A stretch of 64,000 bases of DNA from a virus, in the IMG/VR virus record IMGVR_UViG_3300017978_000154, positions 7,367-71,366 of that record; one strand, written 5' to 3'. Below, one piece after another: positions 17,064 to 26,740 of this stretch. Under the pieces are notes generated by a model. That model did no database searches and had not been told where the DNA came from. It saw only the letters and a list, made by a program, of their open reading frames with translations. The position numbers and the translations under genes were made by a program. The stretch's first letter is position 1, and the number at the start of each line of letters is the position of its first letter.

Positions 17064-18076
17064 TCTGCGAATTTCAATTTAGCTTCCATACCTGCGAAGG
17101 TATTTGTATTTATGAGGTTCAAAACCTCACTTGGGGTTCTTCCAGCCTTGATCATGTCATTAATGTCTTTTTCTTCCACTGTATCTGGATACATAACAAC
17201 GTTATAACCAAGGTCAATATATTTACCAAGCTGGCGGACAATGTCTTTATTTCTTGGTTCGTTATCCATTACAAGCGTTGCATTAGTGAGAAGCTGACGA
17301 ATGATAGGGGTATCAAAACTTGCTCCTGAAACAGCGATTGCATTCGGAAGAAACAAACTGTCGATTGGTCCTTCCACCACGTAAATTCGTTTTGAGTAGT
17401 CAACTCTGTCAAGTCCATATATTTTCTCCACTTCTTCACCAACTTTGATGGTGTAATACTTAGGCGTCTCGTCGCCGTATGCTCGCGCACCGATGGCAAA
17501 ACATTTACCATGTTTGTTAAAATACGGGATGATCATGCGAGGATGGTCACCCTGAATAGGCTCTTCAAATTTAGGTTGAAATGAGTTTACAAACTTCTTG
17601 AACTTCGGAGCGAAGTAAAGAAGGTTCAACTTATCTTCTGGGATTTTACGGTTCAGTGCGTACTTTACCGCTGGGTGACTGCGATCTAAACGATCGAGTC
17701 TATGAACAGACGAAAGAACATCATCTTCCCATTCAAGCACAGCAGGTGCTTTAGTTTCGGGGATGAATTTACCAACGTCCTTGTGGTCAGTATACTTGGA
17801 TGCGTTTTCTTTGTAACGTTCCAATACATACTCATCGTACAGGCTTGCATTAACACGCTTCAGTAAGTTACCAAAGTTGCAAGACAAACCACAGTTGTGA
17901 CACTTATAAGTCAGACCACCCTTGAAGTTTAGGATGTAACCACGTGCCTTTGTTTTCTTGGTTGAGCTGTCACCGCACACTGGACACGAGAAGTTCCAAG
18001 TGTATGGTTTAACCTGTCTGAAGTTTCTTAGCTGCGCTCCAAGAATGGAGGCATATTTGACGTCAATGTATAACAT
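17048..18076 (-). CDS. DNA primase (T4 gp61-like)
   Basis: Zn-binding CPVCGDS...CHNCG followed by a Toprim-like core. Start taken at the ATG (MLYIDV); the track start at 18088 is a TTG. Confidence 0.85.
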   Translation of the reverse strand: MLYIDVKYASILGAQLRNFRQVKPYTWNFSCPVCGDSSTKKTKARGYILNFKGGLTYKCHNCGLSCNFGNLLKRVNASLYDEYVLERYKENASKYTDHKDVGKFIPETKAPAVLEWEDDVLSSVHRLDRLDRSHPAVKYALNRKIPEDKLNLLYFAPKFKKFVNSFQPKFEEPIQGDHPRMIIPYFNKHGKCFAIGARAYGDETPKYYTIKVGEEVEKIYGLDRVDYSKRIYVVEGPIDSLFLPNAIAVSGASFDTPIIRQLLTNATLVMDNEPRNKDIVRQLGKYIDLGYNVVMYPDTVEEKDINDMIKAGRTPSEVLNLINTNTFAGMEAKLKFADWKKV

Positions 18077-18104
18077 GATAACTCTCAACTAACATATAGG
18101 GTTA

Positions 18105-18133
18105 ATTATACCCTATATCATGATAAAAAGCAA
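18105..18133 (-). promoter_or_regulatory. Sigma70-type promoter TTGCTT-N17-TATAAT (minus strand) upstream of primase. The -35 region also resembles a T4 MotA-box (cTTGCTTttTa)
   Basis: Reverse complement of attata at 18105-18110 and of aagcaa at 18128-18133. Confidence 0.5.
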
Positions 18134-18140
18134 GTTTTAT

Positions 18141-18614
18141 TTAACCGAAGATCTTAGTGAATAGACCTGAGTTTCCAATAATAAACCCTAATACAATTGC
18201 ACCACCGACAATCATCCAACGCCAGTTTTCAAGAACGTCTACACGCTTTGTGATTTCTTTGATATCATAATCCATAGTTGCTGCAACTTTTTGAATATCT
18301 TCTTGAACAGCCTTTTGAATAGAATCATGCTGCTCTTTCGCCATAGCAGCAGATGCATTCATCTTATGTTCTAGTCTAGATTGTAACTGATCAATCTTTT
18401 CCACAACTTCCCTCGTCTGTGTAGTGATGCGAGAATGTATCTCTTTTATTTCTTCGTTTCTATACTCTGACACTTTTTCAATATTGTCTAAACGTTGTTC
18501 GTGTACTGCGAGAATCTTACCGATATCACCGCTAACCTGTGCAATCTTTTCGATTGATGTATCAAGTTTTGAAACCACGCTCTTCAAAACTTCAACTTCT
18601 GTTTCAATTGCCAT
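18141..18614 (-). CDS. Coiled-coil protein with a C-terminal TM anchor, hypothetical
   Basis: Heptad-rich sequence ending in WRWMIVGGAIVLGFIIG. Confidence 0.4.
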   Translation of the reverse strand: MAIETEVEVLKSVVSKLDTSIEKIAQVSGDIGKILAVHEQRLDNIEKVSEYRNEEIKEIHSRITTQTREVVEKIDQLQSRLEHKMNASAAMAKEQHDSIQKAVQEDIQKVAATMDYDIKEITKRVDVLENWRWMIVGGAIVLGFIIGNSGLFTKIFG

Positions 18615-19197
18615 TGTAGATTCTCTTTTGTTCGTTAACCCACTCTTGTAGCGATCTCAGTTGTTCTGCTACTTTGTGGTAGGTTGTGTAGTTTTCTGTG
18701 ATGGTTGTGGCAACTCCAGAGAGTTTAACTTCGGAGGCTCCTTCATTAGCGCCTCTGGAGGTGTCGGGAACTTCATTGCGACTGGCACTGTCGTGGAGCA
18801 AGACGAAACCATTAGGGATAACGCACTGACCATCAGCAGTCGCTGTAATAAGATTTGGAATTTGTTTTGCAATTAGATCACCTTTTTCTTTAACAACTTC
18901 AACTTTTGTAATGTACTTTGTAACAACCTTGGTGCTGGCTTCAGCAGAGGCTGCTTCTTTCTTGGCCATTTCTAACTTTACTTCGGCGACTCTAGCTTCC
19001 CAACGTTCTTGGTTGGATGCTCCACCCATCATGTACAAACCAAAGACCAAAGCTACGATAGATCCTACACGAATAGCTTTAAGGTATGTTGACACAAAAG
19101 GTATCTTACCTAAGAACTCTGTTGCTAAGAATGCAACAACACCAGCCAGAGAAACCAAGCTGAAAATCCATGAAGGTAAAAAGTCAAGAATCCACAT
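18604..19197 (-). CDS. i-spanin (Rz-like)
   Basis: N-terminal TM helices. The C-terminal region GQCVIPNG...YTTYHKVAEQLRSLQEWVNEQKR resembles the lambda Rz C-terminus (...YFTLRERLITMQKQLEGTQKYINEQCR). Contains an embedded +1-frame lipoprotein gene. Confidence 0.55.
   Translation of the reverse strand: MWILDFLPSWIFSLVSLAGVVAFLATEFLGKIPFVSTYLKAIRVGSIVALVFGLYMMGGASNQERWEARVAEVKLEMAKKEAASAEASTKVVTKYITKVEVVKEKGDLIAKQIPNLITATADGQCVIPNGFVLLHDSASRNEVPDTSRGANEGASEVKLSGVATTITENYTTYHKVAEQLRSLQEWVNEQKRIYNGN
18669..18872 (-). CDS. o-spanin (Rz1-like lipoprotein) embedded in the i-spanin gene
   Basis: MQNKFQILLQRLLMVSALSLMVSSCSTT gives a signal plus lipobox (VSSC). The mature part is Pro-rich, typical of Rz1. 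Confidence 0.5.
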   Translation of the reverse strand: MQNKFQILLQRLLMVSALSLMVSSCSTTVPVAMKFPTPPEALMKEPPKLNSLELPQPSQKTTQPTTK

Positions 19198-19739
19198 TAT
19201 CGAGCACCTGCAGTAATTTGTAGTGGGCGACGAACCACAGTACCTTTGTACTTCTTAAGATCTTTCTTCTCGATCTTTGGTTCGTTTACAGAAACTGGTC
19301 CACCAGTGTTATTAGTAGGTGGTCCACCAACAGCACCTTCGCCCTCTTCCTCTAGAAACTTGGCAACTATAATTTCTTCTTCAGCTAATGTAACATTAAG
19401 GTTTAGAAGTTTCTCATACTTGCCCTCAATATTCATTGTAGCCTTTGAACCAGAATCTAACTGCTCGCGAACTAACCAAAGTGCAGGGGAAAGAGCTTTA
19501 GTAAGGTTGAAGTCACCACGCTTTTCGTGCTGCTTCATAACCTTCTTTAAGATAACAACCAAGCGGTCAAGATAAGTGTATGCTTTCTTTTCTGCTTGGG
19601 TTTTTAGTTGGTGTGACTTCTTCAGTACGTTGCCGTCTTTATCAATGATACCTTGCTTGTATGCGTCCATGTTCTTAAAATCTGTTGAAAGCATTTTAAG
19701 AATCTTAAGAGCATATTGTCTATCGAGAAGCTGATTCAT
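19197..19739 (-). CDS. Hypothetical protein
   Basis: ORF track only. Confidence 0.35.
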   Translation of the reverse strand: MNQLLDRQYALKILKMLSTDFKNMDAYKQGIIDKDGNVLKKSHQLKTQAEKKAYTYLDRLVVILKKVMKQHEKRGDFNLTKALSPALWLVREQLDSGSKATMNIEGKYEKLLNLNVTLAEEEIIVAKFLEEEGEGAVGGPPTNNTGGPVSVNEPKIEKKDLKKYKGTVVRRPLQITAGAR

Positions 19740-20118
19740 TGGTAAATTTCCTTAGGACGGCAATAACTTTTTCGTCTAGTTTTATGTCAGAAAGTATGAT
19801 GTTGTATTCTGGTAAAGTTTCGGGCATATGTCCAAGATAAAGTAAGAACGTTACAAGAACATCCCACGAATCCTTGTCCACCTTATAGAATAACATACGG
19901 GTGGCATTTTGTCCGAAAACATTATATAGCACGATGATATGATTAAGGATCAACCGATCTTTTAAATCACCGTCTTTTTTGTAACGAGTTAATAACTTTT
20001 TAAGATACAGAAACTTCTTAAGATCTTCATCAAACTCTTCTAAACTATGACACTGCGGGTTATCGTAGTGATTCATAGCAAAGAGTAAAAAGTTATTCTC
20101 GTTCAATTTTTCAACCAT
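19720..20118 (-). CDS. Hypothetical protein
   Basis: ORF track only. Confidence 0.35.
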   Translation of the reverse strand: MVEKLNENNFLLFAMNHYDNPQCHSLEEFDEDLKKFLYLKKLLTRYKKDGDLKDRLILNHIIVLYNVFGQNATRMLFYKVDKDSWDVLVTFLLYLGHMPETLPEYNIILSDIKLDEKVIAVLRKFTNESASR

Positions 20119-20128
20119 ACTTTCTCAC

Positions 20129-20155
20129 ATAAAACGGGGGAGTCGAAACTCCCCC
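20129..20155 (-). terminator. Rho-independent terminator (GGGGGAG-tcgaaa-CTCCCCC plus T-run on the minus strand)
   Basis: 7-bp perfect GC stem downstream of the 20174..20740 gene. Confidence 0.6.
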
Positions 20156-20173
20156 AACTCATGATTATTTAGC

Positions 20174-20740
20174 TTAGTCGCCGAATGTTAGAGTAGCAAC
20201 ATCAGATGTTACTTCACCAGCACCGTTAGCAGAAGTAATCTTAACACGGTATTGGTCACCAGTGTTACCAGCTTCTTGAGCAGCAAGAACCAATGAATCG
20301 GCAGTTTCGCCATCTACATCAGACCAGTTACCTTCACCAACTGCCTTAACTTGCCATTGGTATGCTAGAGTACCACCACCAGAAGATACAGTAGCTGCAA
20401 CAGTGAATGTAGCTGCACCGTTTGCAGTTTCTTGATCAGCAGGTTGAGTACCGATAGTGATAGTGTAAGTAGCGTCAGCTGCCTTAGTATCATCAGCACG
20501 GTCACCAGCGTTAGCTGCTGTTTCTGCTAGAGCAACTAGACACTCAGCCTTATGGCGAGTAGTACCTTGTGAATCAGTGTAAGTGCTATACAACCACCAG
20601 CCACCGTGTGTAAGACCACGCTTCTTGTTTGTTGCTTGTTGAGCTTCAGTGATATCAACAAAGATACACTTTGCTAGATCAGCAGAGTTTAGGTATTTTG
20701 GACGAGAGTTATCTGCGTCAGTTTTTGCCCATAGTGTCAT
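20174..20740 (-). CDS. Ig-like domain protein (possible capsid decoration / Hoc-like)
   Basis: C-terminal TFTVAATVSSGGGTLAYQWQVK...YRVKITSANGAGEVTSDVATLTF is a bacterial Ig-like beta-sandwich pattern. Strong terminator downstream. Confidence 0.45.
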   Translation of the reverse strand: MTLWAKTDADNSRPKYLNSADLAKCIFVDITEAQQATNKKRGLTHGGWWLYSTYTDSQGTTRHKAECLVALAETAANAGDRADDTKAADATYTITIGTQPADQETANGAATFTVAATVSSGGGTLAYQWQVKAVGEGNWSDVDGETADSLVLAAQEAGNTGDQYRVKITSANGAGEVTSDVATLTFGD

Positions 20741-20754
20741 GGTATTCTCCTTGA

Positions 20755-21489
20755 TTATCTGTTAGAGTTTGGTAGGTTCAAAGAGTGAGTAGCAATACCA
20801 CCGTAAGACTTACCTTTTGTTACTTTTTGGTTTGCACCAGATTTAGAACCTGCTGGGCGACCACGACCACGCTTTGGAGCGTCAGCTGCTGGCTTTGCTG
20901 GCTTATCGTCTTCATCTTCACCTGCATCATAAGATGCGCCATATGAACGACCCTTAACAACAGTTCTGCCGCCAGGACCAGGTGTATACTCTAGAAGTTG
21001 CTCAACGAACTGAGCGTAAGTTAGTTTTTCAGACATGTTAGTCTCCTCTTTTTTAACAGTTTTTTTCTTAACATCTTTAGAAGCATCTGAGCACTTCTCT
21101 GCCATAATTTTACTGATCAATGCTTCTGCAATTTTTCTACCAGTAGCTTGTGCGCTACCAATAGCTGTACTGGCAGAACCAACAGGTTGATCGTTACCAG
21201 TAACAAATTCGATTTGTGCATTATTTGACTTCTTAACCTTTTTGGTATCAGAGATAGTATCAGACTGAGTTGGACCAGCTGAGTCTACTTTAGAATCACC
21301 ACTAGGTTGAATAGTACCTTCGTCGACCTTGTCTTTTGCATTACGAGTAAACTTCTCGTTATCGAAGTTCTGGCGCGAAGTAATAGCTGAAGTCTTTCTA
21401 CCAGACTTATCAGACTTTCTCCAAGCCTCTGGATCGAAAATAATACGTTCTTTACGATCGGCAGATACTGTATCTTCTTTTAATGACAT
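20755..21489 (-). CDS. Low-complexity charged protein with a C-terminal AT-hook (KRGRGRPAGSK)
   Basis: GRP core flanked by basic residues. Confidence 0.4.
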   Translation of the reverse strand: MSLKEDTVSADRKERIIFDPEAWRKSDKSGRKTSAITSRQNFDNEKFTRNAKDKVDEGTIQPSGDSKVDSAGPTQSDTISDTKKVKKSNNAQIEFVTGNDQPVGSASTAIGSAQATGRKIAEALISKIMAEKCSDASKDVKKKTVKKEETNMSEKLTYAQFVEQLLEYTPGPGGRTVVKGRSYGASYDAGEDEDDKPAKPAADAPKRGRGRPAGSKSGANQKVTKGKSYGGIATHSLNLPNSNR

Positions 21490-21490
21490 A

Positions 21491-21931
21491 TTAACCCTTT
21501 AAGATTGATTTTAAGAACCAACCATGTTTATCGTGAGTATCTAAGCGAGAAGCTGCAAAATCGGCAATACCTTGCTTATTAGCTGCTGTTGCTAACTCGA
21601 ATACTTTATTTAGGCTATCGATCACTTTAGAGTTTGCATCTAAAAGGTTTTGGAACATCTCATCGGCAGAAGAAGGTACGTCTGCGTCTTCCTCAATAGT
21701 TGAAGACTCTAGAAGGTCTTTAAGGCTATGCGGAGCATATTGACTGATAACACGGATACGTTCAGCTGATGGGTCAACTGCATCGTGTAGTTCTGTGTAC
21801 AGATCGTTTAGGAAATCGTGGTGTTGAATGAAGTCTCTACCTTCAACGTTCCAGTGATAAGAGTGCGCCTTGAAATACATAACGAACGTATTAGCAAGAG
21901 CGATGTGTAGAGATGCGGTTAGTTCTTCCAT
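21491..21931 (-). CDS. Hypothetical protein
   Basis: ORF track only. Confidence 0.35.
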   Translation of the reverse strand: MEELTASLHIALANTFVMYFKAHSYHWNVEGRDFIQHHDFLNDLYTELHDAVDPSAERIRVISQYAPHSLKDLLESSTIEEDADVPSSADEMFQNLLDANSKVIDSLNKVFELATAANKQGIADFAASRLDTHDKHGWFLKSILKG

Positions 21932-21932
21932 C

Positions 21933-22418
21933 TTAGCTTCCTACTGCAGTTGTGTTATCGTAAATAGAGAACTGAGAAGTTTCAACTTTAGAAGTCCAAC
22001 CCATTTTACGAAGTTTAAGAATACAGTGTCCTGGACCATCAAATACTAATCTAAAGTCTTTATCGGCATAGATACGATCAGCGAAACCGTGGTGATCAAA
22101 CTCGTGTTGACCGCAGTTAGTAAAGAAGTAATGGCTATGAACCAAACCAGTACCACCGTTTAGAATACGAGTGATATCAAGTTGTTTGTCTTTCTTAAGA
22201 CCCCACCAGATACCAGTAATGTAAACATGTGAACCTGTATACTGAGCAAAGTGTCCGTCAGATTCTGAAGAATCACCAGCGCCAGCGACATACACTTGCG
22301 TAGGAGTAGTCAACCAAGTGCTTAGACTTAGGTCAAGAGTTTCACCAGCAGACTCCATTGTATAGAACTTAACAACGGCTTCTGTCTCTGTGTTTTTAAG
22401 GATATGAATTTTTGACAT
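21933..22418 (-). CDS. Hypothetical protein
   Basis: ORF track only. Confidence 0.35.
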   Translation of the reverse strand: MSKIHILKNTETEAVVKFYTMESAGETLDLSLSTWLTTPTQVYVAGAGDSSESDGHFAQYTGSHVYITGIWWGLKKDKQLDITRILNGGTGLVHSHYFFTNCGQHEFDHHGFADRIYADKDFRLVFDGPGHCILKLRKMGWTSKVETSQFSIYDNTTAVGS

Positions 22419-22420
22419 TA

Positions 22421-24523
22421 TTAGATACCTGCTGGTTTAGTATATTTCTTGTGAGACATACGAGCTTTTTCTACTTGCTTAACGCGAGAAACCATACGTG
22501 CAGCTAGACGGTCTACAACTTTACGACGTTGTTGGATGAAACGCTCAACACGTTCTTTCTCACCAACGGAGATCTTAGAAGCATTTTGTCCTCTTAGAAG
22601 ACGCTTCTTAAGAGCAGAAACAGCCATACGACGAGCACGCTTGTTTGCCACTTGAGGTGTTGATAGCTGACGTAGAGCAACCTTCTCTCTACGCTCACGC
22701 TTAGTTTGACTGCGACGCATGCGGGCTTTAGCACGGATACGTTCAACTCTAGATAGAACTTCCATCAGAGCTTCTTCAGTAACTGAATCAAAGGCTTCTA
22801 TTTCTTCGCCAGTCTCATCGTCGATGATTGCTAGTTCTTCATCATCATATGCTTCAAAGAACTCATCAGATTCGTCAGACAAGCTCATTAGTTCGTTTTC
22901 GATTTCAACAATAGAAGCCTCGTTGACTAGAGCGTCTAGGTCATCGAATTGTTCTTTGACTGTCTCAAACTTTTCTTCATGCGGTTCTTGACCAGCTGTG
23001 TGAACCTTATCAACGTTTACAGTTTTAGTTTTTGGTTTAGCAGCTTGGGCTTCAGTTAATTTTGAATCTTTAGCTTGGTCTTTGAAACGCTTTAGTTGAG
23101 CAGTGCGTGTAGCTTGTTGCTCATCAGTTTCTTCTCTGAAGTGAGCGATAGCATTAGCTTTCTTACCTTTAGCACGTAGTGTCTTAGCGGCAGCTTGGGC
23201 TTGGTGACCGTTGTCGAACTTCTTCCATGGCTTACCGTCAATGTGAACAGTGTGTGGACGATCTAACAGAGACTTAGCTTTGAACTTTGGTTTTGGTTCG
23301 TTGTGGTACTCATCGTCTTCGCGAGGCTTCTTAGCAAATCCAGTACGGTTATCATCGTAGCCGTTACCTTCACCCAAGTGATACTTTACTTTACGGTGAC
23401 GCATACTGTGGTCAGTATGTAAGTGAGAGTTACCAACTAGACCATCTTTTACTTTATCAGCAATCTCAGTCTCATCTTTAGTCATTTGACCAGTAGACTT
23501 ACGGAAGTCACTTAGACTCATGATAGACTTAGCGATGTTATACTTCTTAGACTTATCAACAACTGGAGAATCTTTGCAACCGCATTCTTCTGGGATGTTC
23601 TTAAGATTCTGGCGCTCGCGTTCTTGTTGCTTGGCTAGGTCTTCTTTTTCCTTGGCTTGATCAAGAGCAAGTTTCATCTTCTCTGTATCAGCTTGTGCTT
23701 TCTTAGCTTCTTTGTTACCAGTGGCCAAACCAGTGGCTGCAGCAGCGTCAGCTTCTTGTAATAGTTTTTCGTCTAACATAAATTCTCTTTCGGTTAGTTG
23801 TACGTCTTGAATCCATTTACTCACTTTTAAACCAGCTTCATTCTGTAACAGCAAATGATTAGAGCCACGTTTGATAATTTTATATACTGTATTATCGCTT
23901 TCAACGATATCACCTTCGTTAAAAATCTCACCACGGAAATACTGTTCACGCAGGTCGTCCTTAACCAAGTTAATTTGTTCTCTGATTGGCTCAAGGTTCA
24001 AGCCAATACGAATATCATTCATTAGACGCTTACCGTCTAATTCTCTGACTGTTGTTGGTAGACTGTTTTTAAACGATACAAATTCACCCTTTGATGCCAA
24101 CTTCAATAGCTTGTCGTCTTCATCAGGGCAAGTATCGCCAGCCTTAACAATCTCAACATCAGTGATACCAACTTTCTTCAACGCTTTCTTATAGTATTCA
24201 ACGTTATCAGTTGGGGTCACTAAAGTAACACTCTTGTACTTTTTAAGGACAGAGCCGATAGCATCTATCTCTTTATGTACGAATTTTGTATTTGGGAATA
24301 GACTTCCCAAATACTGCATCTTTTTACTAATTTCTAATGGATTCTTTTTAGCGTCTTGTACCGAAGATACAAAAATGAAGTGATCAGCTTTGCGCTGACT
24401 CGCTAATTTACGGACTACCTTGATCTCAAGCTCATGACCCACGTTAGGGGGATTGAATCTTCCGCAGGTGAAAACCACGGACTTGGATGGTAGCTCGCTT
24501 AGGAGTTCTTTATAGTTCTTCAT
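22421..24523 (-). CDS. Large (700 aa) protein with an N-terminal HIGH-motif nucleotidyltransferase domain, a CTS-like N-terminus, a charged coiled-coil middle and an Arg-rich C-terminus. Candidate packaged internal protein
   Basis: MKNYKELLSE resembles T4 IP capsid-targeting sequences (MKTYQEFIAE). CGRFNPPNVGHE is a HxGH nucleotidyltransferase motif, paralogous to the C-terminal domain of the 592-aa protein. Confidence 0.5.
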   Translation of the reverse strand: MKNYKELLSELPSKSVVFTCGRFNPPNVGHELEIKVVRKLASQRKADHFIFVSSVQDAKKNPLEISKKMQYLGSLFPNTKFVHKEIDAIGSVLKKYKSVTLVTPTDNVEYYKKALKKVGITDVEIVKAGDTCPDEDDKLLKLASKGEFVSFKNSLPTTVRELDGKRLMNDIRIGLNLEPIREQINLVKDDLREQYFRGEIFNEGDIVESDNTVYKIIKRGSNHLLLQNEAGLKVSKWIQDVQLTEREFMLDEKLLQEADAAAATGLATGNKEAKKAQADTEKMKLALDQAKEKEDLAKQQERERQNLKNIPEECGCKDSPVVDKSKKYNIAKSIMSLSDFRKSTGQMTKDETEIADKVKDGLVGNSHLHTDHSMRHRKVKYHLGEGNGYDDNRTGFAKKPREDDEYHNEPKPKFKAKSLLDRPHTVHIDGKPWKKFDNGHQAQAAAKTLRAKGKKANAIAHFREETDEQQATRTAQLKRFKDQAKDSKLTEAQAAKPKTKTVNVDKVHTAGQEPHEEKFETVKEQFDDLDALVNEASIVEIENELMSLSDESDEFFEAYDDEELAIIDDETGEEIEAFDSVTEEALMEVLSRVERIRAKARMRRSQTKRERREKVALRQLSTPQVANKRARRMAVSALKKRLLRGQNASKISVGEKERVERFIQQRRKVVDRLAARMVSRVKQVEKARMSHKKYTKPAGI

Positions 24524-24562
24524 TTAATCCATCAATAATTAGTAACAGTATTATTTAGCGTA

Positions 24563-24964
24563 TTAGCAGTTCCACTTTCTTAAGGCAAGAGCCTTACGAG
24601 TAGGTTCGCCATTTGGTTTCTTCATTGGACCATCTACACCAGACATACGTGCACAGAAAGACTTGCGACGGTTAGCAGCTTTGCTGCCTTTCTTTAGTTT
24701 AGAAGGTGGAGTAGTTACAGGTGCCTTTAGGTTGCTACCGTGTTCGCGATTATAGGCATCGCGACCCTTTTGTGTAAGACCACCAGTTGCAGACTTATGT
24801 CCTTTAGCATCAGCAGTTGCTGCTTCATCCAGTTCGTTTTCTTCTTTAACTGGAACGCAGTTTGGAACTTTCTTACCGTTCTTTTCTTTCATACCGATGG
24901 CTTCATAACCAGTCCAGCATGGATCTTTTTTCTTTTCTTCTAGGTAGTCTTTAAACGAAATCAT
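24563..24964 (-). CDS. Small basic protein with a CTS-like N-terminus (MISFKDYLEE). Candidate internal protein
   Basis: N-terminal similarity to T4 IP capsid-targeting sequences with an L-x-E prohead-protease-type site. Lys/Arg-rich. Confidence 0.4.
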   Translation of the reverse strand: MISFKDYLEEKKKDPCWTGYEAIGMKEKNGKKVPNCVPVKEENELDEAATADAKGHKSATGGLTQKGRDAYNREHGSNLKAPVTTPPSKLKKGSKAANRRKSFCARMSGVDGPMKKPNGEPTRKALALRKWNC

Positions 24965-26739
24965 TTTGCCCCCATATGTTTTCTTAAATCATTATAAAGA
25001 GCAGACTTGTGTAAGTCTTTCATGTGTGTTGGTAAACCAGCGTGGAACTCTTTTTGTTTTCCAGCAGCTGCTAATTCGCGCATCTTAGTACCTGATACTC
25101 CAGCAGTACCCTCAGCGTCTGGGTCACGTTCACCAGATGAGTGAACTGTGATTGACTTGAACTTGTATGCGCCGTGTTTGTGTTCAGAACCGTCGTTATA
25201 CTTATTCAGTAACTTTTCGTATTCTTCTGTACGATCAGAACCAGCCACAACGTGTAAGTGACGAGTACCTTTAGCGTACATGTCAGCAGCATGGTGAAGA
25301 ATAGTTGGCTTCTCTTTAGAAGCAGCTTCAATGTTTGTTCCTGGGAAAGCGTTACGAGCGTGTGTTACTTTAACATCAGCAGGTAAAGGGTTTTTCTTTT
25401 CATCATGACTATGTGATAGCACAACCTTATGGTCACCGTTGTGAGTTTTGGCTACTTCTTTGACTTTGTTGATAACTTGTTCATGACCAACAGTTGGCGG
25501 GTTCATACGACCAAAGGCTAGAACGCCATGCTTCTCATCAGGTTCTTTTGAAGGAGTACGAGCCTTCAATAAGTTTTGACGGGCAAACTCTGCACGGTTG
25601 ACCAACTTAGTAGGTTCTGTAACACCATTATGTGTATGGTTATAAACGAAGCCTTCAGGTTTAGAAGCCTCGCCATTGATAGCGTGTTCGTAAGAACCTT
25701 CGTTAGATTCTAGAGACTTAACAAGTTCGTTCTTGGCAGACTGAAGGTGACCGTGCATCTTCAATAGGTTATCGTAGTGACCTTGGTTCTTCTTGATATG
25801 ATCCAAGTGACCTTTTAGTTCATCCAGTTTAGCGTTCTGAGCTTTTTCAGTCTTTAGCTTAGAAACCATCTTCTCATACTTACCAGCGATGTGAGTCTTC
25901 AAACCTTCAGCGTCTGGCGTAGTACCTTCGCGCACAGTTTGGTTGATGTATGTGGCTAGATGTCCACCGTCACCGTGGTGCATAGATGTAGCTTTGTACA
26001 TCTTTCCCTTATGCTCAGCGTGGATAGCACGAGCAGCGGACATATGTTTGTTGAATGAATCTTGAGACTGCTTAGAGTAGTGAGCACCAGAAGCATCATA
26101 ATCAGCAGTGTGATGGAATACGTCTGGGTGTTGTCCGAAATCACTTCCGGAAACATTATGGTGAGCAGACATGCTGCTTAGTTTATCACCTTCGTATTTG
26201 GTATGAACAACTACACCAATCTTAGACTTCTTAATAGCTTCAGCCTTTTCACCCTTGGCTGTATATGTGATAGTGTTAGGTGTAAACGAAACCTTATCAC
26301 CTTTCTTCTTTAAGTCATCGTGAGTAAACATCAAGTCGCCTTGATATACACCAGACTTTGGAGAAACTTTAGGGAAGTGCTTAAGAGCAGACTTTAGCTT
26401 ATCGGCTAGACCAGGAGCATGTCCGTGGTTAGCATCTACATCTTCTGGAGTGTAGTTAATCTTTGGGTTCTTATTGAACGCTGACTTAGATGCCACAAAG
26501 AACTTACCGTTCTCAGGGTGGTGACCAAACACAACTGATGGAGAACCATCATACTTCATTGTCATCTTATGAGACTGAAGCCCTTGTACAGTGTGATGGT
26601 GCGCAGCTTGAAGAGCACCATAAGCGTGTTCAAAGCCATCTTCTCCGTGTAGAAGTGGACGGTCTTCAGCGTGGTGAATGTGCTTTAGTTTAGCACCTTC
26701 CTCTTCAGCTTCTAATAAGAAATTTAGAAAATTGATCAT
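24961..26739 (-). CDS. His/Lys-rich 592-aa protein with a CTS-like N-terminus and a C-terminal HIGH-motif nucleotidyltransferase domain. Candidate packaged internal protein
   Basis: MINFLNFLLEA N-terminus. FGRMNPPTVGHEQ (HxGH) and VSGTKMRE (ISxTxxR-like) match the cytidylyltransferase/NMNAT-type fold motifs. Confidence 0.5.
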   Translation of the reverse strand: MINFLNFLLEAEEEGAKLKHIHHAEDRPLLHGEDGFEHAYGALQAAHHHTVQGLQSHKMTMKYDGSPSVVFGHHPENGKFFVASKSAFNKNPKINYTPEDVDANHGHAPGLADKLKSALKHFPKVSPKSGVYQGDLMFTHDDLKKKGDKVSFTPNTITYTAKGEKAEAIKKSKIGVVVHTKYEGDKLSSMSAHHNVSGSDFGQHPDVFHHTADYDASGAHYSKQSQDSFNKHMSAARAIHAEHKGKMYKATSMHHGDGGHLATYINQTVREGTTPDAEGLKTHIAGKYEKMVSKLKTEKAQNAKLDELKGHLDHIKKNQGHYDNLLKMHGHLQSAKNELVKSLESNEGSYEHAINGEASKPEGFVYNHTHNGVTEPTKLVNRAEFARQNLLKARTPSKEPDEKHGVLAFGRMNPPTVGHEQVINKVKEVAKTHNGDHKVVLSHSHDEKKNPLPADVKVTHARNAFPGTNIEAASKEKPTILHHAADMYAKGTRHLHVVAGSDRTEEYEKLLNKYNDGSEHKHGAYKFKSITVHSSGERDPDAEGTAGVSGTKMRELAAAGKQKEFHAGLPTHMKDLHKSALYNDLRKHMGAK

Positions 26740-26740
26740 A

